A DNA stretch of 64,000 nt. It comes from Vicugna vicugna (taxonomy: Eukaryota). Positions within the stretch are counted from its first letter, which is position 1; every line of letters begins with the position of its first letter. The stretch covers positions 7,766,295-7,830,294 of the forward strand of contig MU058636.1 in assembly GCA_013265495.1 (NCBI GenBank). The letters are read 5' to 3'. Shown here piece by piece: positions 24,645 through 35,950 of this stretch. The notes under the pieces were generated by a model. That model worked only from the letters and a program-made list of their open reading frames with translations, was not told the DNA's origin and did no database searches. The position numbers and the translations under genes were made by a program.

Positions 24645-25260
24645 GATCACGCTGGCCGCCAGTGGAACCGAGGTCCCCACACAATTGGTGGGTGGCGGCG
24701 GCACATCCCCGAGGCGGCTCCAGCTGTGGCCTGCTGCAGGGCTTCCCGCTGCCGCCCACCAGAGAGAGAGCAGGGGGGCCCTTGGCGGGACCTGACGCAG
24801 TGCTGCTTTGCCTTCTTTTTCCATATCCCCCATGAGTCCAGGTTTAGGGGTTCTCCTGGCCCCATGCACAACTGTCCTGATTGGCGTTTAAAAGCAATAC
24901 ACACAAATGTCTGTCTGTCCATCTATTTATATGACTATATATGCCTATGTGGATATATATGCATAAATGTATGTATGAATCACAAAAGCAATCTTGTCAA
25001 AGTGAGACTATGGCCTTAATTAAAATCTCACATTAAAAACTGTTGGTGTTCTCATCCGCTTCTGGTTCCTAGCAAACAAAATACTTGCTCTTTCTACCTC
25101 TGCTCATTTCCACATGAGCAAACCCCTCTTGCCAAGGAAACAGAAAGACAGCCTCTTAAACTTATCTATGGGTGATAAGGTTTTCTCAGAGGGGAGGTAG
25201 AGGCCCCGCCCGACACTTCCCAGGAAAGTGAGGAGAAGCGATTGGAGGAAAGTGATTAAA
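24645..25260. promoter_or_regulatory. Candidate promoter/enhancer: CpG-enriched segment with E2F-like, CRE-like, CCAAT, GC-box and ETS/STAT motifs
   Basis: TTCCCGC 24743, TTGGCGGGA 24782, TGACGCA 24793, CTGATTGGC 24877, GGCCCCGCCC 25202, ACTTCC/TTCCCAGGAA 25215-25226, GATTGG 25240. CpGs are locally retained. Confidence 0.5.
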
Positions 25261-25559
25261 ACCATTTTAAAGGAAAACTGTTCATGCAAAATAGTTTGAA
25301 TTTGTACTGGGAGGGGACGGTAACCACCACCGGATCTAAGAGTTCCTTTCTCGTGTATATCTTAATCCGCTCACGCAGTGCAGACCTACTGAGAGCTTGT
25401 TCTGTCCTACCTCTGAGGGTGCAGATAAATCAAAGTGAGACATTTTCTCCCAAGTTTTTACGGCATACACGAGGGAAAGTACTCCTCTGGTATCATCTTA
25501 AATCACCCACTCAGTGCTTTTCAAAACATTTTCACATCACTGTTCTCTTTGACCTCATG

Positions 25560-25825
25560 GAAACAGGCAACGCTGGCTTCCTTCCCCTCTTTGAGAGGTG
25601 AGGAGACCAAGGCCTATTTAGGTTGTGCTGTTGGTCGTTGGTGGAGCCAGCATCAGAACCACTCACCAACTGTGTGACTCCGGGCAGATTCCCTGGCTGC
25701 GCAGAGCCTCAGTTTTATCATTTGTAAAAAGTAACACCTTCCAATTTAATAAAATAATGTTTGTAAGGTGCTTGGCACTATGCCTAGCACATAACAGGTA
25801 CTCAGTAAACAGCGGCTATTCTTAG
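25560..25825. mobile_element. MIR SINE fragments
   Basis: GAGCCTCAGTTTTATCATTTGTAAAA...GCCTAGCACATAACAGGTACTCAGTAAA. Confidence 0.7.
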
Positions 25826-26055
25826 AAATGGTCGCTGTTCTAAGATAGATTCTTAGTTGTTGCTGCTGTTACGAAGATGCTGCTACGAAGATGATGGTGC
25901 CACATGGGGCTGGCTCTCCTTGGATGCTCTGAAGCAACACGCAGCTCACTTTTAGTCCTCAGAGTCACCATCGGGTCTCAGTGGAGAGATGGTAAAGCAG
26001 GCTTAGCGGGCAGAGTTCTCACCTCTTTTTTGTGGTCCATCCCCTTGCACGCTTG

Positions 26056-26092
26056 CGTGTGTGTGTGTGTGCACACTTGTGTGTGTGTGTGC
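26056..26092. repeat. Interrupted (TG)n microsatellite
   Basis: Visible TG runs. Confidence 0.85.
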
Positions 26093-26759
26093 GCATGCAC
26101 GCTCATACTCAGGGCCATCTCCAGTCTCACTATCACTTCAACCCTTCTCCGGCTGGGGTAGAAATGGGGTCAGATAACTCCAAAGAGAAGGTGATGTGCT
26201 GTAGGAGGTCTGGAAGGACTGAGCTGTTGCTAGGTTACCACCCCTCTGAGACTGGTCTGCTTCCTCGAGCCAGGAGACTCCAGGGATTCAAGTGGACTCA
26301 GAGCATTCCTGCTGATTAGCCCTCAATACTGAGGTCTTTGCTTTTAAGGGCCCCCAGGAGTGTGAATCCGCACCAAAGAAGATTTGCAAGAAAGCTGGGA
26401 GACCTTCCTGAAACTGATTCCTGTGGCCGGGCTGGCCCTGGGAGGGAGAAGGAAGCCAGCTGGGTGAGAAGGATGAAGGCAGGAGTCCCTGCATCCATGT
26501 TTGTCTCCTGGCTCCCGGAGAAAGGCTGGAGACCAGTGGGCTGTGCTTTGTAGAACGAGGAATTTCAGGGTTTTTAAAGTAAAAAAATGTGAGTGCAGGA
26601 TGGATAGGGGAAGATGAAGGCCTTTGGGAATAGTTCTGTGAATATAATGATGATGAACAAGTCAGGGAGCCTCAGAGATGGCCTCAGTCGGCTGCTCAAC
26701 CCTGAACTGAGCAACTATTTTTCATACATTTGCTCAGAATTTGGCAAAGAAGCCACTTT

Positions 26760-26940
26760 CCGCTCCACTCAACAAATATTTACAGACTACTTGCTATATG
26801 CCAGACATGGTGTTAGTTATGAAGATAAAGTAGTGGGTGAAGCACACAGGCCCCATCCTCACAGAGCTCACAGTCTAGAGGAAGGCAGAAACTGAACCAG
26901 TAATGAAAGCGTGATGAGTGTTATTAAAGGCAAGTATATG
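26760..26940 (-). mobile_element. L2 LINE 3' fragment
   Basis: CACTCAACAAATATTTACAGACTACTTGCTATATGCCAGACATGG...CTCACAGTCTAG. Confidence 0.7.
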
Positions 26941-26969
26941 GAAACACACACTCAGGAGTTACTTGAGAG

Positions 26970-27144
26970 ACAGTACAGTCTAGTGTTTAGAGTGTGAGCT
27001 CCAGAGCCAGGCAGTCTCCATGTGAACCCTGGCTCTGCCATATACTGATTATAAACTTAGCCTTGCTTAGCCTTATCTGTAAAATGGAACAGTAATAATA
27101 ATATTATTTACTTCACAGGGTATTGTGAGAGCCAGATGGGTTTA

Positions 27145-27190
<46 letters not shown>

Positions 27191-27245
27191 CACATAAACA
27201 ATTAGATCAGGATGCAACATACTAAATACCCAACTAATGTGAGTT
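26970..27245 (+). mobile_element. MIR SINE containing a (TATC)n microsatellite
   Basis: CTTATCTGTAAAATGGAACAGTAATAAT...CTTCACAGGGTATTGTGAG. Confidence 0.7.
27145..27190. repeat. (TATC)n tetranucleotide microsatellite, ~11 units
   Basis: Perfect TATC array. Confidence 0.97.
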
Positions 27246-28081
27246 ACTAAATGAATTTTTCCTTGGTCTAGTGGGTTGTTCTTTTAAGGATCACACCCCA
27301 TAACTCTCTGCAGGGTATTAACTTCAGGAGAAAAGGACAAATCACTTTCTGTCTCAGCTAGGGCTAATTTTATTCCTGAAAATATTGAGGATATGGATTT
27401 TGGTTGAGGGAGGGTTGAAACAAAATTCCGGTTGCTATCTTTTCTGCAGAAACAAAATAAAGAAGGGTCAGTTTTCCGAGAGTCCAGCAAGAAGAAAGTT
27501 TATGAGTGTTGTCACTCACTGGGACCTAAGAGCAGCTCCCAGTCCTAAGTACAAATGGATAAGCTGATAGCATCATAGGAAGTTATTAAAATGAGTAAGC
27601 GTGATGGACAAGGCCCTAGAAATTGGCATCAAGCGTAGGATGTGACTGAAGGCATTTTTAGGAGGGAATAAAGGCTAATTAATAAAGATTGGCCATTGTT
27701 CTTGGCAACGAGAATTTCGAGACATTCACTGGGGGAAAGCAAACTGGTATTGACTCAACCTTAAAGCCAGATATTGATGGGGCACTGGAAGTCATCCACA
27801 CAACACAAACACTTTCCTGTCATTTCCTCATCAATGGAGCGGGCAGAAATCTGCCAGCAGTATATTCAAAGTTCTCATAAGACTTTAAAAGAGCACATCA
27901 GAAATGTTCTCAGAGGATGATGCAGCACCTTAAAACAAGGAGCTTAAATGCATTTTCTGGTCACTCCCAGAGCCCCACACCACCCCACAGTGCTTTCACT
28001 GAGATTAGAAGTCCAAGTCTCAACTCGCTAACTCAAAGGACTTCTTTTCCTTTTTTTCCTATAAATTAAAAAATATGATAT

Positions 28082-28465
28082 TGTCTTTGTTCAGGCTGCT
28101 ATTAATAAAATACTATGGACTGAGTGGCTTAAACAACAAAAACTTATTTCTCACAGTTCTAGAGGCTGGGATGTCCAAGATCAAGGTGCCAGCAGACATA
28201 TCTGGTGAGAGCCTGCCTCCTGGTTCATAGATAGCCAGTTTCTCACTGCATCCTCACCTGGTGGAGAAAAGAGATCAGCAAGTTCTCTTATGACACCTAC
28301 AAGGGCACCAGTCTCATTTGTGAAGTCCCTGCCCTCATGACCTCATCTCAACCTAATCTCCTCACAAAGTACCACCTCCTGATAATCAGAGAGAGTTTTT
28401 TTAAACTCCTACATTGGGCATTAGGTTTCAACATATGAATTTTGTGGGGACACAGTCCATAACAG
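28082..28465 (-). mobile_element. MaLR LTR (MLT1A-like)
   Basis: GGCTTAAACAACAAAAACTTATTTCTCACAGTTCTAGAGGCTGGG...GGTTTCAACATATGAATTTTG...CAGTCCATAACA. Confidence 0.88.
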
Positions 28466-28479
28466 ATGTATTCTCTGAT

Positions 28480-28635
28480 CATTCAGTTTTAAAGCTTGGA
28501 AGGACCTCAGAAATACCATAATCTAAACCGTCTGTTTTACAGACAAAGCAACTGAAGTACAGAGAGAGGATAAGTGTTCAGAGCTTCATTTGGTAAATGC
28601 CAGGACAGCAACTAGAATCCAGATATCATTTGTTT
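28480..28635 (-). mobile_element. MIR SINE fragment
   Basis: TTTTACAGACAAAGCAACTGAAGTACAGAGAG. Confidence 0.55.
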
Positions 28636-30124
28636 TGTCCACACCTATTTTTGATTTAATGCTCAATCTTTGCCATCTTCAGGCTGATTCGCTACCATTG
28701 CCAGGCTCCATGGTGGGTATAAGCAATCAGAAGGCATGGTCGGTGCCATGGGGTGATGTTTGCCATCAACTGTCATCAGTTGATGATTTCAGAGTCACAA
28801 AGCCAGCAATGTCTGGGTGGTTTATTATTCTTTAACCACCTGATCACTAGTGGCAGGCCATGTCTATGGCTGAGTGGTTTTAGTCAGGCTTTCTTCTGAT
28901 AGAGCTTCCCCCACTTCCCCTGGCTGCTTTTCCTTCAGGTCAACTCAAACGCAGATGTCGCCCTGATGCTCCATCTAGGCAGACCCAATGCTCCTTCTCT
29001 GGGGCTCCATCTGCTGTTTAGATCGCTCCTTCAGGAACCATCAATCTTACCACTTTTTATTGACTTGTCCATCTCCCCATTAGATCATATGCTCCATGGG
29101 GTCAGGGGCCATGACTTTTAACTTTGTTTACCTGGAGCCTAGTCTGTTTGCTGAAGGACAGTTCATCCACCAGAGCAGGAGGACAGACAAATAACCTGGC
29201 CACTGGCCCAGAAAAGCAGAGGGAGTGGTAGGAGCATGTGGATGTGGTCTTCTGGTCTCCTCTGCTTGCTCTGTGAAATGGAAAGCAGAGTCTCCACCTG
29301 AGAGTGAGGATGGGGCAGGGGGAAGTTTGGAGGTCAGGGGAGAGAAGGGAAGGTGTGAGGTTGCCAGGACAGTGACAGAGGGAATGGGATGGGCTAGGCG
29401 TGAGACGCGTGTCTAGGGCAGAAGGTGAGGGACTGGACCAGGGAAATGTCAGAGCATCTCTAAGCAGCACTAGGGCTCACCATGAATTTCAAGTGAGACC
29501 ACAAATATGGCTGGGTGTGTTTTCCAGAAGCATTCATTTATGCAGATGAAGATTCAGAGTTGATAGAGGGTTGTACTTAATAACGGTCAGGATTTTGCCA
29601 AGTGAGAGCCACAGCGGAGAGAGAGGCAAGAATGTAGTGGAGTAATACCAGCGAGTCATTATAAGCGCAGCTGGTAGGAAGCACAGCGAGAAATGAATGA
29701 GAGAGAACAGTGGCGGGCCCAGTCAAGGGTCAAACCACCACTGAGATCAGCCTGCTGGTGCAGAGAGTGAACAGACACCCAGGAGGAAATTTTAACGGCT
29801 GGCGGATTCACTTCATGGAGGCCAAAGAGGAAACAAACCTCCTCTTAAAATACTGTCACCAAAGGCAATAAAGAGGGTTTGGGGCCATATGTCAGGGAGA
29901 TTGATTCCCATAGGTTCTGGTCTGGAGTGTCTCCCTCTCTCCTCAGGCTTTTGTTCACTCTTTTGTTTGTTCCAGAAATACCTATTGAGGTGTAGGAGAT
30001 CACAGTCCTGAGATGTGTCAGGGGAGGTGAGCCGCTACAGGCGGGAAGGGCGCACTGGGTCAGAGAGGGGGGAAGCTTAGAGGGAGCCAGGCAGGGGGCT
30101 AGGTGCCTTCATTCACCCCCTCGC

Positions 30125-30255
30125 CTTCCTCTAGGGTATTATCCACCCTCCTTCACAGATGAGGACACTGAGGTTCAGGGAGGTTGCATCACGTGCCAAA
30201 GTTCACACAGTAATTTTCTGTGTGCGGCGCTGGGACTCACCCCCAGGTCTGTTAG
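30125..30255 (-). mobile_element. MIR SINE fragment
   Basis: TTCACAGATGAGGACACTGAGGTTCAGGGAGGTT...CCAAAGTTCACACAG. Confidence 0.8.
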
Positions 30256-30515
30256 GCTCTTTGTGCTACAGAGACTCAGGCCACTGCATGGAGATCTCCA
30301 TCCCATGTGAAGTGGCCCCGACATAATTTTCTGTGATCTCCCAAGATTCTGAAACAGTGGCGGATTTGAGTGGTTTAGAGCAGTGGTTCTCAAGAGCTGT
30401 GCTGTGGTAAAAATAAGAAAATAAAGAAAATGTATTGTTCATGAATACAGGACAGAAAGGACTGCCAAGTATGTCCTTTGACTTAATAACACTCTATTAT
30501 CAAGATATCCTTTAG

Positions 30516-30881
30516 GGAGCTGGGCCAAGATGGCAGAGAAGAAAGACGTGGTTCTCACCCTCTCCCATGAATACAGCACAAACCACATCTACCTATGGAA
30601 CAAATGACACAGAATACCTACTGAACTTTGGCAGAATATCTCTTACATCAGAAATACGAAGAAATCCTCACAAAACCAGATAAACAACAAGTTTCTACTA
30701 CATAGAACAGGGAACCGTATTCATTATCCTGCAGTAACCTATAATGAAAAATGATATGGAAAGGAATATATGCATGTATATGTATGACTGAAACATCACG
30801 CTGTGCACCAGAAACTGATACAACATTGTAAACTGACTATACTTCAATAGAAAATAAATACACAAATAAAACAAATTTTAA
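30516..30881 (+). mobile_element. Mini-L1: L1 5'UTR start fused to the L1 3' tail, with TSD
   Basis: TSD AAGATATCCTTTAG at 30502-30515 and 30882-30895. The 5' part opens with CAAGATGGCAGAG..GACGTG (L1 5' terminus). The part from 30680 is homologous to the L1 tails at 13480+ and 39505+. Confidence 0.85.
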
Positions 30882-31591
30882 AAGATATCCTTTAGCTTAA
30901 TTCCCCCCCCTTTTTTTTTTGCTATGAAAACATCCTTCTTCTTATGATATGAAGGCAAATAGCAGATAGACGTTTGTCTTCTTGCTTGTTTTAGTGTCCA
31001 GACCGGGCAGAATAAACAGGTGGCACGAGATTGGTCCCATCGTATTTTTGCTCACTTTAGCAGTCTGTGAAATTGAAAGTCTGGGAACCACTTGTTTGGA
31101 GCAAACAGAACTGGTGAGCTTGTCCTGAACTGACCTGGCAGGGTCTGCAGGGACAGGCGGGGCTTGGCTTTGTGGCTTCTCTGTTTTCCCTGAGCTGATG
31201 GAAGTCGTGTTGAGACTCCTGGGCTCAAGATTCCTTGTTTCCCTCAGTGCGTACAAATCCGTGCCTGAACCAGCTCTCTATATCTGGGGATCTGAAGTTA
31301 GCCTGCTCTCTTTTTAGTCCTCAAATGCTCTGAGGATGAAGTGCCAACAGCCTGACCTCAGGGTAAGAATCTCTCAGATTGGGGCTGCCAGGAAGATTCA
31401 AGGAAGGGGTGTGGAAATCAGAGCTCCTGGCAGCTGCTGCCTTCTGGGGACAGTGAATGCTCCCTCCCAATCAGAGGTGTGTTTCCTGATGGAGAAGCAC
31501 TGAACACGCTGGCAAGAGTTTCCGTGGTGCCACGGTAACCAGTGAGCAGACCCACAGTAACCAGAAGTCAGATACGGAGTGTAGGAGTCAC

Positions 31592-31697
31592 CTACAAGGT
31601 AAAGGAAGCCATCATCTTGGAAGCTGCTTCTTGGACCAGCTGTGGAACATGACCTCAGCCTTGCTGGTTTGGGCTCAAGGGGGCTCTTCATCACGCC
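31592..31697 (-). other. Candidate 106-nt internal exon of an unidentified minus-strand transcript
   Basis: Acceptor tcttctctgatcttttcatctatactcactAG; donor TAG|GTGACT. Confidence 0.25.
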
Positions 31698-31954
31698 CTA
31701 GTGAGTATAGATGAAAAGATCAGAGAAGACTAATAACTTCTGCTCAGGAGAGTCTACTGAGCAATGGCTATCATTAGTGGCTTTCTTAAACCAAGTTGCA
31801 ACAGGACACAAATTGCCAAGCTTAAAAGCAAATTCTCTGTCATTGTATTTACCCTTTTTCTCACATTCTCTCGTTCATTAAAATTAACATCATCTTCTCC
31901 TTCACCTTCTTTCTTTAATCTATCAATCTCTTTTCATTTACGCTGTTCACTGTG

Positions 31955-32210
31955 ACAGTGTAGTGTGGTGGCCCCAGGGACAGGTTCTGGATTTCCAGAA
32001 TTTTTACACTGTCACCAACACACACCAATGTTTTAATCTTGGGGACATTATTTAATCTCTTAGGGAACATTTTCTCATCTTTAAAAGGGGAATAACAATA
32101 AAAATAATAATCTCAGGTGTTGATGAGAGTATTAGATGAGGAAATTCCTGTGAAGCACTAGAAGTGCCTATCACAGAACAGGCAAGCAATAAATGTTAGC
32201 TACTGTGATT
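31955..32210 (+). mobile_element. MIR SINE
   Basis: TTTCTCATCTTTAAAAGGGGAATAACAATA...CAATAAATGTTAGCTA. Confidence 0.7.
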
Positions 32211-33769
32211 ATCTCTAAAAAGCACAGACTACGAGGAAATAGGCTGTACAGACTCATGTCAACAAGCATTTATTAAACACTTATCTGTTGGTGTTTTGAG
32301 GAGCGCAGCAGAACTGCAGGTGAACTCTTTACTCCTTGGTGTCACACTGTCTGCTCCACTGGTTTTGATCACTGTTTAAGGTACGACCTAATCATCGCCT
32401 CCTGAGAGTCCTTGCTTGGGTTCTCAGTGGTGGGGACAACCTCTAGCCCACTTTCCCCTCTTGCTTTACTATTTTGACCCCTCAACCAGGGACATAATTT
32501 CAACAAGGTAAGTTCCTTGTTTTGGTAGCAAATTAGAGCTTTGGGGAAACCACTTTATACACCCAAAGTCAAAAAGTACCCAAGCAGCTGAAAAAAAAAA
32601 AATGTAGTTGTCAAAACTCTGTACGATGTTCTAGTGACACAAACAGAAAACTTGACTGAATAAATTATTTTTCCTAAATTACCTGAGCCTGTCTTATAGA
32701 ATAATTTGGTTCTCAGCTTAGATCCAGCAGTACTGTTTCTCCTGGGACAGAAATGGTGATACTGAGAAGGAACGTCGCATTTGCTAAAAAGTAGATGCTG
32801 CTCTAACTCCAGTGGCACGTAAAGCCTGAGACACGAAAGAATATACACCGTGCTGGCTCTGCGACGTGTTCAAGGGCTGAGATGAAATACATTGGAGAGC
32901 TGCAGGGTCCTGAGTGACCCTGAGCAGAAACAGCATTCCTAATGTGTGTCCTCATTAAGCAGAATTGCTTACTAATTTGGAAACTCACTAGTCCATTGCT
33001 TCGGTTTCACCCTAAGAATTTTATTGGGAGAGTTCATGTTGCATTAAAGAAGTAATTTTTCTTTCATGGATTTAAAAACACAACATTTGTTCACTAATGC
33101 AAAAGGGATCAAAGTTTTAATCAATCCTCAAATGCTCACTGGCATGTCCATCTTTGAAGACATTGATTTTAACTTTGTTTTAAAGCAAGATGATTTTTCC
33201 CTCAGAAAATCGTTGGAGATGGGGTGCTCTGATCAATAAGCTTTTACCATGAAGAAAGACTTTCATTCCAAAGAAAGTGCAACAGCTTCACTTCAGTGAA
33301 ATCCCAATAAAATGACCCATCCAACTGATGCAAACTTTAGACTTGTTCTTTGATTTGAAAAATCTTTACAAGAAAAGAAAACCAAGTGAAAAGATCAAGT
33401 AAACAGAACTTCAAATATTTTGTCTTGAATACTACATTTAACCAAGAGAGGATTTTGTTTGGGATCCACAGGGAAGAAATTAGGGCTTTTCTGATCAACC
33501 ATGAAAATGATACTTAATGAAACATGTGTTCTTTTAGGGTTTAAAAAAAACTGGGAACTCTGTAAAAAGCGATAGCATTTTATTCAATTATGGTATACAA
33601 AAAGTCCATAAGTTTCATGAATTCTGTTCTGTGTATTTTTATTAATAATTAAATAAAATAAGCATAATCTAAATTTCGTAACTTGTTTCTCTTAATTTTT
33701 ACTGTTTTGACAAGAATCAGCCTTCCTCACCCTCCAAAAATACCATTAGTCTTCAGAAACAAGGATCTT

Positions 33770-34870
33770 TTTTAAAAATTAATTTAAAAAATTTTCACAT
33801 AGTAAAATTTACTCTTTGTGGTGTAGAATTCTATGGGTTTTTAGTAACATAGAGTCATGGATCCATCATGATACAGACCAATTTCAGCACCTCTGAAAAT
33901 TCCCTTTGCTGCCCCTAAGTAGCCAACCCTCCTTACTCCCCACTCCTCCAATACCTGGCAACAATTGATCAGTTTTCTGTCTCTCTCTCTATTTTTTTTT
34001 TTTTTTGTCTTTTCCAAGATGTCGAGTAAAGGGAATCAAACAGTATGTAGCCTTTCGGATCCAGAGTCAACCACTTAACAAAACGCATTTGAGTTTCATC
34101 CACGCTGTTATGTACATAAATATTTTATATCTTGTTATTGCTAAGTAGTATTCATATATACATATATATATATATACACACACCACAATTTGATTTTCTG
34201 TTCACCTGCTGGTGGAAATTTGGGTTGTTTTTAGTTTGGGGGTAGTTATGAGTAAAGCTGGTTATAAATATTCACATATGGGTTTTTCTGTGAATGCAAG
34301 TTTTCATTTCCTTCAGGTAAATACTGAGGAGTAAGGATTCCTGGGTCACTTGATAAGTGTATGTTCAACTGTATAAGAAACTGCCCACCCAACTGTCTTC
34401 CAAGGTAACTGTACAATTCTGCAGATGCGAATTCTGGTTGCTCTGCATGCTTGCTAGTACTTGTTCTTGTTAGTTCCTTTATACTTTCTAGTAGGAGTGT
34501 AGTAGTATCTCATTATGATTTTAGTTGTATTTCCCTATGACTATTGCTGTTAGCATTTATCCACGCATTTATTTCCATCTGTGTATCTTCTGTGGTGAAA
34601 TATCTGTTCAGACCTTTGTCTATTCTTCTACCGGATTGTTTGTTTTCTAATTGTTGAATTTTGAGGGTTCTTTATATATTCCAGATACGTCTCTGTGAGA
34701 TATGTGATCAGCAAATATTTTCCTCCTGGTCTGGAGCTTTTTTTTATTCTATTAAAAGTATCCTTTCCAGAGCAAAAGGTTTTAATTTTGATAAAGTCCA
34801 ATTTATTTATTTTTCTTCTTTATGAATTATGCTTTTTTGTTTAATACAAATTGTTTTTTTTAACTCAAGG
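33770..34870 (-). mobile_element. Old LINE-1 (L1MA/MB-like) 3' end and ORF2 end
   Basis: Antisense L1 motifs GGAATCAAACAGTATGTAGCCTTT, GTAGTATCTCATTATGATTTTAG and GGTTTTAATTTTGATAAAGTCCAATTTAT. Confidence 0.88.
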
Positions 34871-35559
34871 TAAGAATCTCTTCTTTATGTCAAAGAAGTT
34901 TTGCAATCCTCCAGGGAACTGCAGTCAAACTCTTTAGTACCCATTATTTGAAAAAATACGTAATGACAAATTTTTGTTAATAACTACAGATACCCTATGC
35001 TTTTTAAAAATGGGGATCTCTCCACTGCCCTTAGATTTGAACCCTCAGTTTCATAAGCAGATCCAGGACCTTCCTCATTCTAATTGTGAATGTCCCACTC
35101 TACTTCCTCCTGCCTCCTTGCATCTGTTAGGATTCTGTGGTGGCAACAGAATCAGACCCTGGTCAGGCTTAAATTTATCAGGAGTTCATAGAATAGAAGT
35201 TCATAGCGAGGAGGACACAGAACAATGTTTGGAAACAGGCAGGTGGTTCCAGCAGCTTTGGAAGCTGTAACCACAACCAATAAAGCAGAGTATTAGTCCT
35301 GCTCTGCCATGCTCAGGCCACCATGACTTTCATTAATTAGCCCCTGCTGCTTTCAGAATCTTTGCTCCTTGACTCAGTATCCAAATTCCAGACTGGAATA
35401 TGACAAATTACCCTCTGCCTGTCCCATTGTTAGCATGTGACCCTTCACTGTAGATGCTCATGTCCTAAAATCAGGTCCCAGCATCAGACACTATGGGGTC
35501 AGAAACATCTTTTGTTCATTCATCATCAACAGGGAGCCATAAATCCATATCATTGCTCA

Positions 35560-35950
35560 ACTTGATCCAACAAACATTGATCAAGGGCCTATCTCTGTCT
35601 AGGCAAGGATAATGTAAGTACTAAGAATTTGTATACACCATGAAAATGCTCACAATGTGGTGGTGGCTGAGGCCACTGTGATGCCTCCTAGGAAAGCCAG
35701 GGTAGGAGTCATAGATGATGTGACATTTGGAAGGATAAGTAGGGGTTACCAGAGGCAAAAGAGAAAGAAAAGATTATTTCAAGAAGAAACAGGTGAATAG
35801 TTTACCGTAAAATGTAGAGAGAGTGAGTGGTTGGGAAGATGGTTATAATAGGGCAGAACCAACTGTAAGAGCCCAAGTTTGGACTTTATCCTATAAGCAA
35901 GACTGAGCAAAACCCCAAGCTGGCTTCTTGGAATGGAGGTGGGGGACCCA
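35560..35950. mobile_element. Probable L2 LINE fragment
   Basis: CAACAAACATTGATCAAGGGCCTA...AGTTTGGACTTTATCCT; boundaries approximate. Confidence 0.5.

Noticed and set aside
24537..25019. Longest ORF (160 aa)
   Set aside because: It spans a GC-rich patch where stops are rare and runs into a TA-rich simple tract; no domain similarity.
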